DNA of 64,000 nt, from IMG/VR virus record IMGVR_UViG_3300032116_022045. One strand, 5' to 3'. Position numbers and translations under genes: made by a program. This stretch comes from a virus. Lineage: Duplodnaviria > Caudoviricetes. This document shows, one piece after another, positions 8,791 to 17,474 of this stretch (positions are counted from its first letter, which is position 1; the number at the start of each line of letters is the position of its first letter). The notes under the pieces are model-generated. The model did no database searches. It was not told where the DNA came from and saw nothing but the letters and a program-made list of their open reading frames with translations.

Positions 8791-9117
8791 ATGAACACAT
8801 TATTATTTATTTTACTTTCTTATGGTATAACAAATATTTTATTATTTGGTAGTATTTTCTCTGGTTGGAGAAATTTTTGCTTAAAATATAGCCCTAATTT
8901 TTTTGGTAAGTTATTCACTTGTCCTATGTGTCTTTCGACATGGGTTGGTTTTATTCTATCTTATTTTTTTTCTTATTTAAATTATGAAACACCATTTACA
9001 ACATATGGTGTTGATATTTTGTATCTAAAGATTTTCTTAGATGGTTGTTTTACTAGCGGTTGTGTTTGGTTAATTCATAATTTTGAAGAAGCGTTTGAAA
9101 GACACCACAAAAAATAA
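8791..9117 (+). CDS. DUF1360-like small membrane protein
   Basis: Hydrophobic helices and LFTCPMCLSTWVG motif. Confidence 0.6.
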   Translation: MNTLLFILLSYGITNILLFGSIFSGWRNFCLKYSPNFFGKLFTCPMCLSTWVGFILSYFFSYLNYETPFTTYGVDILYLKIFLDGCFTSGCVWLIHNFEEAFERHHKK

Positions 9118-9120
9118 AAT

Positions 9121-9151
9121 AAAAAAACCACATTAATTATGTGGTTTTTTT
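9121..9151. terminator. Bidirectional intrinsic terminator
   Basis: AAAAAAACCACAT-TAATT-ATGTGGTTTTTTT between convergent genes. Confidence 0.8.
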
Positions 9152-9739
9152 ATTCTTCAACATTTTTCTGTTTATTTCAGCTCTTTTTTCTTCCTCTATC
9201 ATTTCAAGTTCTTCTTCACTTAATTGAAGAGGATTACCATGTTCATCTAAATATGGTATTTCATTTATAACATTTGTAGATTCTTCATTAATGGTTTCTT
9301 CGTAATAAGTATCATTTGTAATAGGTTCTGGTGTTTCTTCATTTATTGATGTATTATCAATCATTGGTAGAAAGTCATCATCATGAGAATTAAAAACAAA
9401 TTTTAACTCTTTTAATTTCTCTAATGAATTTTCTTTAAATAATTTTTTTAACTCATTAAACTTTACTTTTAACAATTCTTGTTTCTTTTCATGTTCAATG
9501 TTTAAATTAATTATTTTTCTAACATTCTCTAATAATTCATCAATACCTATTTCATTTGTTTCGCTATAAAACATAAAATAGTTGACTTCATCATTACCTT
9601 TTACTTTTTTAATTTTTGGGTCGTTTGTAACAACCCAATCATTTTTAAATACAACATCTATAAGCGGTTTACCATCTAAGTATCTAATACCTATAACATA
9701 AGGTTGTAATGATTCTAATGTTTTTTGGATGTTAGCCAT
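9137..9739 (-). CDS. Hypothetical protein
   Basis: 200 aa with an acidic C-terminal half. Confidence 0.7.
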   Translation of the reverse strand: MANIQKTLESLQPYVIGIRYLDGKPLIDVVFKNDWVVTNDPKIKKVKGNDEVNYFMFYSETNEIGIDELLENVRKIINLNIEHEKKQELLKVKFNELKKLFKENSLEKLKELKFVFNSHDDDFLPMIDNTSINEETPEPITNDTYYEETINEESTNVINEIPYLDEHGNPLQLSEEELEMIEEEKRAEINRKMLKNKKTT

Positions 9740-9746
9740 ATTAAAT

Positions 9747-9953
9747 TTAAAAAAGCGTGATTAAAACAGTTAATACATATGATATTGATAATCCTAATAA
9801 AATTAATGATTTTTCACTTAATTTATATTTAACTGGTTCTATTTGTTCATCTGTATTATTACTATTGACTATAATTGTTTGAAACAAAAAATAACCATGT
9901 CTTACAATATTCAATATTGATAAGAAAAACAAAATCATTAATATTTTATCCAT
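9747..9953 (-). CDS. Small two-TM membrane protein
   Basis: 68 aa, two hydrophobic segments. Confidence 0.6.
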   Translation of the reverse strand: MDKILMILFFLSILNIVRHGYFLFQTIIVNSNNTDEQIEPVKYKLSEKSLILLGLSISYVLTVLITLF

Positions 9954-9973
9954 GATATAAAAATATGATAGTA

Positions 9974-10150
9974 TTAGTTATTTTTCTTTGCGTCAGATAC
10001 ATTAACCCTTAAAGTTTGTGCTAATGCTTTAACTTCTTGCATACCTTTTCTAAGTCTGGTACCAGCAGATTTGTTTTCTTTTTCAAAGAATTTGTTTGCA
10101 TCATTTTCTAATGATAGGATTAAGTTTTTTAGTTCTAGAAATGTTTCCAT
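9974..10150 (-). CDS. Histone H1-like protein (Hc1 family, Bacteroidota-type); start revised to ATG 10150
   Basis: METFLELKNLILSLENDANKFFEKENKSAGTRLRKGMQEVKALAQTLR; the NK(S/A)AGTRxRK motif is typical of the family. Confidence 0.8.
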   Translation of the reverse strand: METFLELKNLILSLENDANKFFEKENKSAGTRLRKGMQEVKALAQTLRVNVSDAKKNN

Positions 10151-10160
10151 AAATTTTAAT

Positions 10161-10388
10161 TTAATTATTGTTATTATTGTTATTATTTTCGTCACGTTTT
10201 AACATATTTGTTAATTTGTTTAAATTATGTTCTAACGTGTTTATTTTGCTTAATTGTTCTTTAATTTTACTTATTTTTTCATTAATGTCAATATTTGAAT
10301 TCATTAACCTCTCTAATTCGTCTTCTGACTTCAATATATCAGAAGTTAATTCCATAGTTAAGATTTGAAATACCCTATTATAATCCAT
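10161..10388 (-). CDS. Small coiled-coil hypothetical protein
   Basis: 75 aa; TATATTTG box 4 nt before the ATG. Confidence 0.65.
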   Translation of the reverse strand: MDYNRVFQILTMELTSDILKSEDELERLMNSNIDINEKISKIKEQLSKINTLEHNLNKLTNMLKRDENNNNNNNN

Positions 10389-10392
10389 ATAA

Positions 10393-10400
10393 CAAATATA
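10393..10400 (-). promoter_or_regulatory. Bacteroidota -7 element (probably leaderless transcript)
   Basis: TATATTTG-TTAT-ATG; ATTG at 20-nt spacing. Confidence 0.6.
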
Positions 10401-10430
10401 CTAACTTTAATTCAGTATATCAATACTTTT

Positions 10431-10847
10431 TTAATCTTTTTTTTCTAATATCTTATATATTTCAATTAAGACATCTAATTCAGATTTAGTTTTTGGTTTA
10501 ACATAATCAAAAACATCTAACCAAAACTTTAAACTTTTTTTATCGGTATAATCACTATCTTTATTAGTGTTATTATAAAAAGTTTCATTTAGAAACTGAA
10601 AAAAATATTCCTTTGATTTTTCATTTGTTAAATGAAAACCTTCTTTTAAAAAATTATCTACGTTTTTATCCCAACACCAATCATAATGTTTTTTCTGTTG
10701 TTTTTTATTTGTTATATCATCACCTAAATAAGTGTCATATATTAACATTAATAATGATTGTACAAAATCACTATATAATTCACATCTTTCAAATTTTATA
10801 TTATTTGCTATATATGTGACATTTATGTTATTATTGTTTGTTCCCAT
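10431..10847 (-). CDS. Hypothetical protein
   Basis: 138-aa ORF. Confidence 0.7.
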   Translation of the reverse strand: MGTNNNNINVTYIANNIKFERCELYSDFVQSLLMLIYDTYLGDDITNKKQQKKHYDWCWDKNVDNFLKEGFHLTNEKSKEYFFQFLNETFYNNTNKDSDYTDKKSLKFWLDVFDYVKPKTKSELDVLIEIYKILEKKD

Positions 10848-10900
10848 TATTAATATATAATTTAAATAAAATTATTTATTAATAAATAGTTAAAACAAAC

Positions 10901-10930
10901 AAAAAACCCCTACATTTGTAGGGGTTTTTT
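10901..10930. terminator. Intrinsic terminator
   Basis: AAAAAACCCCTAC-ATTT-GTAGGGGTTTTTT directly after the stop at 10934. Confidence 0.85.
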
Positions 10931-10933
10931 TAA

Positions 10934-13045
10934 TTAATCTAATCCTGAATCTTCTTGCGAATCTTCAATCGCTGTAAATATTCTTTCAGCCCTATTTTTA
11001 GAAGTAGCATACCTGTCTAAAAACTGGCTAGGTACTGAATACATCGTATTTCCTTTTTTTACGATATATTCACTAGGATTGTCAGCGTTTCTTAATAACA
11101 TCGCCTTATTAGAATCACCTATAAAATTTTCTGGTGATTTTTCTTTGTTTAAATCAACATCAGATGGTTCTAATTCTATCATAGAATCATCTTCTATTTC
11201 TGGTTTATCTTCTATTTCTAATTCCTCATCTTCTGTTTCCTCTTCAGTATCAGTTTCATCTTCTTCTTCATCTTCTTCTTCATCATCTAATGTTACTTCA
11301 TAAACAATGTCATCTAAATCCTCTTCACGGTAAAATCTGTTCTCTTCGTCAGAATAGCTATAATTATCTTCTACATCTTCTACATCTTCTTCATCTTCTC
11401 TGTCTTCTAAATCCGCTTTTCTTTTTTCATCACCTCTTGTCATAGCATTCCACCATTCGTCATCTTCATCTTCATCTTCGTCTTGGTTCCAAGGTGCTCT
11501 AGGGTCATACTCAGCGCCTGGAGGGTAATTACTCTCACTAACTTCAATTTCATATATGTTTTCATCAATATCACCGTCCATATCTTCGTATATACCTTCA
11601 TCCATACCTTCATACATACCTTCGTACATATCTTCGTGCATATCTTCGTACATACCTTCGTACATGTTTTCATCCATATAATCAAGTTCATCAAGATTCA
11701 TACGACCTTCTGTTGACATATAATCAGATTCTTTAATATGTTTTTTAGCTTCAGGTGCTTGTTTTACTTTATTCTTTGGCATCTCTGTTGTTTCTTTTTT
11801 AACAGCAGACATTTTTGTTTTACCTGAGTTAATATGTTTTGTTGCTTCAGGTGCTTTTTTAGTAACTTCGTCAAAATTACCTTCATTATAGTCAGCTTGT
11901 GATTCTATATTTTTACCAGAAGAACTTTTAAGTGGTTTTTTAGCTTCAGGTGCTTGTTTTTTAGCTTTATCTGGATTACCAGCTGTTGCCTTTGCTATTG
12001 GGGTGTCTTTGCTAACAGAACCATGAATGTGTTTTGTTGCTTCAGGTGCTTTTTTAGTAACTTCATCCCAATTACCTTCTGTTGCTTTAACACCTTCCAT
12101 ATCAGAACCTTCACTTAATAGTTTTTTTGTTTTATCTAAAATACTACCAAATACTTTATTCTCATTAATTCTTTCATTACCTTTAACAATACCTAAAGTA
12201 TCTTGTGATTTATAACCAAAAAGTTGTTTCATTCTTGTGATATCTTCATTAACTAAATTTTTATCTGAAGCTACTAATACAACTGGTTTACCATTATTTG
12301 AACCTTCCCATCTGATTCTGTAACTTTCATTACCATCAGTCATTTCAAATACTTTATTATTAGTTTTATATGATTCTGGTATTAATTTTAAAGCATTACC
12401 TAAACCATTAAATTCTTTTTTAAACTTAAGTCTTTTCATTTTATTGTTTTCTGTTAATTTATTATTATTCTCTTTATTTTCAAACATTGAATGTTTAACA
12501 ATAGTTTTATTACCTTTATTAGATTCTGTTGTACTTTCAACATCGTCACCAAAACTATAAATACCTTTTTCAGCTTTTATTCTTTTATCAAAAGATGATT
12601 TTGATATTCTATTAAAATTTTTACCAAAATCATCTGAAGATGCACCAAATGTTTCTTGAGCATTACCTACTTCTTTACCACCTTTGTTACCCATTCTAGT
12701 AGAACCTTCGATTGCTTCTTTATTTCTTTTTTTAAATCCTTCGCTTGGTTCTCTATCATATTCTAACATCTCCATACCATTTCTTATTTCAATTTCATTA
12801 TGGTATTCAACTTCATCTTCATTTGTGTAATTAAATTTATTTACAGGTATTTTATCACCACCAGCTTCTTCTTTACCTAAACCTTTTTCATAGTTAGTTA
12901 ATTCTTTACTAGTATCAGATAACCCTTTTTTATTTATCTTATTATTTTGATTTCTTATAGAATTATTCATAGAAATGGCTGGTGTGGCATCTTCAGATAT
13001 GAATAAACTATGTAATTTTTGTTGTATTTTGTTTTTATTACCCAT
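10934..13045 (-). CDS. Large low-complexity, repeat-rich protein; putative internal head/scaffold-like protein
   Basis: 703 aa; KKAPEATKHI/KQAPEAKK repeats, MYEG repeats, highly acidic C-terminus; ATATTTAT motif at 13059-13066. Confidence 0.55.
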   Translation of the reverse strand: MGNKNKIQQKLHSLFISEDATPAISMNNSIRNQNNKINKKGLSDTSKELTNYEKGLGKEEAGGDKIPVNKFNYTNEDEVEYHNEIEIRNGMEMLEYDREPSEGFKKRNKEAIEGSTRMGNKGGKEVGNAQETFGASSDDFGKNFNRISKSSFDKRIKAEKGIYSFGDDVESTTESNKGNKTIVKHSMFENKENNNKLTENNKMKRLKFKKEFNGLGNALKLIPESYKTNNKVFEMTDGNESYRIRWEGSNNGKPVVLVASDKNLVNEDITRMKQLFGYKSQDTLGIVKGNERINENKVFGSILDKTKKLLSEGSDMEGVKATEGNWDEVTKKAPEATKHIHGSVSKDTPIAKATAGNPDKAKKQAPEAKKPLKSSSGKNIESQADYNEGNFDEVTKKAPEATKHINSGKTKMSAVKKETTEMPKNKVKQAPEAKKHIKESDYMSTEGRMNLDELDYMDENMYEGMYEDMHEDMYEGMYEGMDEGIYEDMDGDIDENIYEIEVSESNYPPGAEYDPRAPWNQDEDEDEDDEWWNAMTRGDEKRKADLEDREDEEDVEDVEDNYSYSDEENRFYREEDLDDIVYEVTLDDEEEDEEEDETDTEEETEDEELEIEDKPEIEDDSMIELEPSDVDLNKEKSPENFIGDSNKAMLLRNADNPSEYIVKKGNTMYSVPSQFLDRYATSKNRAERIFTAIEDSQEDSGLD
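11570..11665 (-). repeat. 12-bp coding tandem repeat (~8 units, MYEG/MYED)
   Basis: Units ATG TAC GAA GGT/GAT with variants. Confidence 0.85.
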
Positions 13046-13084
13046 ACTTTTTTTATTAATAAATATTGTATAATTTAAATAAAG

Positions 13085-15526
13085 TTAATTTATTTTATTT
13101 TTTTTAGCCTGTTCAGCTTCTTTATCAATCATATTTATTATGAATTCAGAAACTTTAGATATAATTTCTAAATTATTTTGAATTTTTTCTTTATTAGCTT
13201 TCCAAAGTGCCAAATAAGTTGAATGATGTTTAACTGGTAAATCATAATGTTTTAATACAACATAAGATACACTTTCAGCTTGTAATTCAACCAATTCATT
13301 TTTTTCTTTACCTTCACCATTATCAATATAATATATTGATGATTTTTTCCAATGCATTAATTCATGTGCTATTTCATGTATCATTGTTGATAATCTAGCA
13401 ACACCAGTTACGCTAGAAGTTAAATTAATATGGTCACCTGCCGAATAACCTTTCTCACCACTTTTAGAATCTGAAGATGTTACTTTAATTCCCATATTAT
13501 TAGCTATATCTTTAACATATTCAAATAATTCATCAGCTGTTTCTGATGGTGTGTTATCTCCCCACCATTGTGGCGTTTCTGGTATTTCACCTTCTGGACT
13601 TGTGGCTTCAGTATCGGCAATATCAAATACAGGTACTGCTCTAAATCCGCTAACATCTTTTTTGAAACCCAATTCATCACCAATTTCTTCATCTGAATCT
13701 TTTGTCTTTGTTATTATTGGTGCTAAAATAAAAATACTTTTAGCACCCTTTTTAACTTGTCTATTTTTTTCTTGCCATTTTTTATATGATGCTACACGTG
13801 TTGCATTTGGATTTTGTATAAAAATTAACATTCTATTATAGAAACTATAATTATGAAATTTAGAAAAAAATGTTAAATATCTTCTTATTTCAGCAGATAA
13901 AGCTTTTTCATCTGTAGCGTTAGCTAAATCATTAATATACATTTCAATTTTGCTTTTTAATAATGATTTTTTATCAGTAGCCGAATTATCAATCGCTTCT
14001 TCTAATTCTTCTAAACTATCTACAATATATTCAACTTTATTTACTAATGATAGTGTTTTTTTAGCAATATCCATTTTATCTTTACTTATCACCCAATTAC
14101 TACCATTCCATTGAAAACCATTTTGTTTTAAAATATTTTTATTTGTAAATGTCTCTTGACTAGCTGCTTTACCTTCTAAATCAGATATTACAATTAATTC
14201 ATTTTTTTCTTTATTAATTTGTAATTTTAAAGCCTCATTTAAAGATGGTGAAATTATATTACCTTTAGTTTTCTTTATCTTAACAACATTATCAATAGCA
14301 CCAGTACTACAACCACTACCAGCTGGTTTATTATTAAGTTTAACACAATCATTGAATTCTACAAATCCGCCATCAGGATATTGTGTTTTTTTCTGTGCTT
14401 TTGTTTTTTTAACTGGTTTAAAAGTGCCATCTCTGTTAATCCCTATTAAAGCATTTGTATCATATGGACCAACACTATCAGTACCTTGTGTTGTTTCATA
14501 AACTACTGGTATTTTACCAGCTATTGTTGGTCTGGTTATCGGTTTGCTAAATAATCCAGTGTATTGTCCAGAAGAACCAGCAGTAGTTATTTCATTTATA
14601 TCTTCTTCTTCTTCTTCTTCTTCTTCTTCTTCTTTTTCTCTTTTTTCTAATTCTTTTTTTCTTATATCAGCTATCTTAGCTAATAATTCTTCTCTATTAG
14701 TTTTTTTCTTATTTGAATCTATTCCCCTAGCTTTTTGTAAATCACCTTTAAATTTTTGCCATACATCACTAAACTCAGATTCTATTATAGACATTAAATG
14801 TTTATCTTTTTCATATATTTTTTTTAACTCATTTAATACATTTTCATCAATTAATTTTTCTTGGCCATCATCTTTATATTTCAATTTACAACTACCATCT
14901 TCATGTATCTCCATAATGAAGTCAGCATTCTCATATAAATTTCGTGATTTTTTGGCACTCTTTACTAGTCTATACCAAAGCTGCGGAAATTCTTTTTCGT
15001 TTGGTTCTAATATAACTTTAAAACCGTTTTCAAGACTTTTAAGCGCATCATCTTTAGTAGAATGGATTCTATTGACAATGTATTTATTTTCGTCAACATC
15101 AAATACTAAAACATTTTGTTCAACCAAAGATTTAACAACACTACCAAAAGTTAAATTCTTTTCTGATAATATACTAGGAAACTCAATATCTGAAACATTA
15201 ATATGCTGTGCTTTACCATTTTTCTGTAATTCTTTTATTTCATCAATATATAAATAATTAAGAAAATTTTCAGACAATTTTTTGTAATCAATCTTTGACT
15301 CGTTTTCCATTATTTGTTTTCCGACTTTATCTATATTTGACACACTAGGATTTGTTCTTTTTGGTTTAATTGTGTTTGAATACGTTATAGGTTCTATCTC
15401 ACCCTCACTAAAATATTTTTTAAATAATTTATCAACTCTTGTTTCACCACCTTTTACTTTAGGCGATTTATTCAAATTTTCTTTTATAAGATTATATTGT
15501 TCTTTGGTTATTTTTATTCTTTTCAT
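13085..15526 (-). CDS. Multidomain protein: leader/low-complexity N-terminus plus ArdC-like ssDNA-binding domain plus zincin metallopeptidase
   Basis: FSKFHNYSFYNRMLI..QNP.AT.VASYKKWQEKNRQVKKGAKSI.ILAP (ArdC-N); MIHEIAHELMH...ELQAESVSY (HExxH...E); N-terminus MKRIKITKEQYNLIKE. Confidence 0.8.
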   Translation of the reverse strand: MKRIKITKEQYNLIKENLNKSPKVKGGETRVDKLFKKYFSEGEIEPITYSNTIKPKRTNPSVSNIDKVGKQIMENESKIDYKKLSENFLNYLYIDEIKELQKNGKAQHINVSDIEFPSILSEKNLTFGSVVKSLVEQNVLVFDVDENKYIVNRIHSTKDDALKSLENGFKVILEPNEKEFPQLWYRLVKSAKKSRNLYENADFIMEIHEDGSCKLKYKDDGQEKLIDENVLNELKKIYEKDKHLMSIIESEFSDVWQKFKGDLQKARGIDSNKKKTNREELLAKIADIRKKELEKREKEEEEEEEEEEDINEITTAGSSGQYTGLFSKPITRPTIAGKIPVVYETTQGTDSVGPYDTNALIGINRDGTFKPVKKTKAQKKTQYPDGGFVEFNDCVKLNNKPAGSGCSTGAIDNVVKIKKTKGNIISPSLNEALKLQINKEKNELIVISDLEGKAASQETFTNKNILKQNGFQWNGSNWVISKDKMDIAKKTLSLVNKVEYIVDSLEELEEAIDNSATDKKSLLKSKIEMYINDLANATDEKALSAEIRRYLTFFSKFHNYSFYNRMLIFIQNPNATRVASYKKWQEKNRQVKKGAKSIFILAPIITKTKDSDEEIGDELGFKKDVSGFRAVPVFDIADTEATSPEGEIPETPQWWGDNTPSETADELFEYVKDIANNMGIKVTSSDSKSGEKGYSAGDHINLTSSVTGVARLSTMIHEIAHELMHWKKSSIYYIDNGEGKEKNELVELQAESVSYVVLKHYDLPVKHHSTYLALWKANKEKIQNNLEIISKVSEFIINMIDKEAEQAKKNKIN

Positions 15527-15528
15527 CT

Positions 15529-15780
15529 TTAATTTGTTTTATTGTCTAAATTATTAATCCAAGTTGCTCTTTTTATCCATAATGTTTTATATAATTGTGT
15601 TAAAACATTTTTTGTAATGTCAACAATTTTATCCTCAAGCTCTTTATCATTTTTGTAACGGTCTTTAATTATTTTCTCTATTTTTGATTCAAATGACTTT
15701 GAGTCAATAAAGTTTTTTAGCTCTTTTGTTACATCTGATTTTTTAAGCTCTTCTTTTATTAATATTTTATTTCTATCCAT
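15529..15780 (-). CDS. Hypothetical protein (late motif upstream)
   Basis: 83 aa; KILIKEE N-terminus; ATATTTAT at 15799-15806. Confidence 0.65.
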   Translation of the reverse strand: MDRNKILIKEELKKSDVTKELKNFIDSKSFESKIEKIIKDRYKNDKELEDKIVDITKNVLTQLYKTLWIKRATWINNLDNKTN

Positions 15781-15820
15781 TGTTAAAATAACTTAACAAT
15801 AAATATAATTTATAAATAAA

Positions 15821-15842
15821 AAAACCCATATAAATGGGTTTA
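15821..15842. terminator. Intrinsic terminator
   Basis: AAAACCCAT-ATAA-ATGGGTT(T) overlapping the stop at 15840. Confidence 0.65.
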
Positions 15843-16415
15843 TTTTTTTATTTTTATGTTATTTGTTACAGTTATTGTATCTCCTATACATTGGCTATAT
15901 ACAGCAGCCCTATAATGTGGTTTAAGTTTAATAAGTTTAAAGAAATACTTTTTATCCCAATCTTTATATATAAATGTTGTTAACGTATCATTAAAAGTGG
16001 TTTTATCAAAAAATATTGTATCTTTATTAATAAATCCAGAAAAACCATAACATTTTTGATTGAAATCGAAAGTTAATCTTTTTCTTAAAGTATCGACTTT
16101 AAGTGTTGTTGATTTAATCGTAGTATCTTTATAATTATAGGTTGTTTCAACAATATTTGTTACATTCTTAGTCTTAATGTTTATCTTTTCAGCAAGACTA
16201 TCTAATCTAGGATATAAAGCTTTTAATTCATTTACTGTATATTCTTGTTGTCTAGATTTATCTAAAATCAAACTATTTACATTTTCTGTAAACCTTTTTC
16301 TCTCTTCTTTCTCATTAGTATATAAATTATATAAAAAATAAAGAGATGTTGACAATAACATTATCAACCCAATTAATATTATTAATATTTTATTGCCTAT
16401 TGACATTGTATTCAT
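15840..16415 (-). CDS. N-terminally membrane-anchored coiled-coil protein (spanin-like candidate); start may be ATG 16406
   Basis: One N-terminal TM helix then a coiled coil; downstream of the amidase-fold gene. Confidence 0.45.
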   Translation of the reverse strand: MNTMSIGNKILIILIGLIMLLSTSLYFLYNLYTNEKEERKRFTENVNSLILDKSRQQEYTVNELKALYPRLDSLAEKINIKTKNVTNIVETTYNYKDTTIKSTTLKVDTLRKRLTFDFNQKCYGFSGFINKDTIFFDKTTFNDTLTTFIYKDWDKKYFFKLIKLKPHYRAAVYSQCIGDTITVTNNIKIKK

Positions 16416-16866
16416 TTGTTAATTTTAAAGACCATTCTTTTGCCCAAACATCATAATAGCCTTTTAATTTTGTTAATATTGTATTTACTTCATTAGTTAA
16501 TTCAACATTTTTCATTGTTGTTTCAATCTCACCACTAGCTAAAGACATTTTAAAGTTAATACCACTTTCACCATAGTTTTTATTTAAAAAAGACCCTTCT
16601 AATAACACATCATTATCTTTAACATAAATTTTGAAATTAGTTATTTTAACTCTTGGGTCAATAGTGTTTTGTAGTTTGGTTAACTCTTCTTTAAATAATG
16701 GGTCACCTTCTTTTGGTGCTATAGTATCTTTTTGGTCGTCAGGTATTGGTTTCATATCTGGACCAGTTATCGGTTCTTCGACCTCATTTATTAATTTTTT
16801 ATAACCACTTCTTATGACATTCATCATTTTTTTTGTCATGTCATGTTCATTTATAATTTCTTTCAT
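16390..16866 (-). CDS. Hypothetical protein
   Basis: 158 aa; N-terminus MKEIINE...KKLINE resembles the leader motif. Confidence 0.7.
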   Translation of the reverse strand: MKEIINEHDMTKKMMNVIRSGYKKLINEVEEPITGPDMKPIPDDQKDTIAPKEGDPLFKEELTKLQNTIDPRVKITNFKIYVKDNDVLLEGSFLNKNYGESGINFKMSLASGEIETTMKNVELTNEVNTILTKLKGYYDVWAKEWSLKLTNEYNVNRQ

Positions 16867-17474
16867 AGTTCTATTTTATCTTTAAATATATCAAATTTCC
16901 AATTAGGGTTTAAATCTGTAAAATGTTTTTCAATATTACTTTTATATAACACACCTTCAAAGTCATATAAGTCATCTATTTTAGTGTTATGAGCAACAAC
17001 TAATTTAGGTATATTTAAGTCACTACATAATGTTCTAACTAATTTTATTGCGGATTCTAATTGTTCATCATTGTATGGTGCCCAATAAACATAATCTCTC
17101 CATTTTTTTTCCATTATACCATCAATTTTACCATAATATTTTTCATTAAACCAATTTGTGTATTCATTTTTCTTATTATCTTTTGTTAACCAACCAATAT
17201 TTTCTATTAATATAACGACAGATTTAGTGTTTTGGTCTGGATTATTAAAATATCTTGAATAATACTTTGGGTCAAAATGTTGATAAATTTTACCCTTTTT
17301 ATCTATGGTAAAAGAAGCTGTTTTTTTATATTTACCATTATAACGTGTTTCCCAACCAAAAACATGTCTCATACCATCATTAAAAGTGTTACCTAAAACA
17401 ATTTGTTTTTTTTCACTTTCTAATGGGACATATTTATTTACATCTAATTTATACGTTTTGTCATCTATTATCAT
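16863..17474 (-). CDS. N-acetylmuramoyl-L-alanine amidase (Amidase_2/PGRP) fold, first Zn ligand apparently lost
   Basis: IVLGNT, ASFTIDKKGKIYQ, NTKSVVILIEN, YNDEQLESAIKLVRTL, VVAHN, TDLNP. Confidence 0.75.
   Translation of the reverse strand: MIIDDKTYKLDVNKYVPLESEKKQIVLGNTFNDGMRHVFGWETRYNGKYKKTASFTIDKKGKIYQHFDPKYYSRYFNNPDQNTKSVVILIENIGWLTKDNKKNEYTNWFNEKYYGKIDGIMEKKWRDYVYWAPYNDEQLESAIKLVRTLCSDLNIPKLVVAHNTKIDDLYDFEGVLYKSNIEKHFTDLNPNWKFDIFKDKIEL

Noticed and set aside
11570-11665. 12-bp tandem repeats (also the IEEQ repeats near 17690-17750) as a CRISPR array
   Set aside because: Units are contiguous, in frame and coding, have no spacers, and no cas genes are present.
14600-14640. (GAA)n tract as a contingency or phase-variation locus
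   Set aside because: A triplet repeat encoding poly-Glu; length change would not shift the frame.
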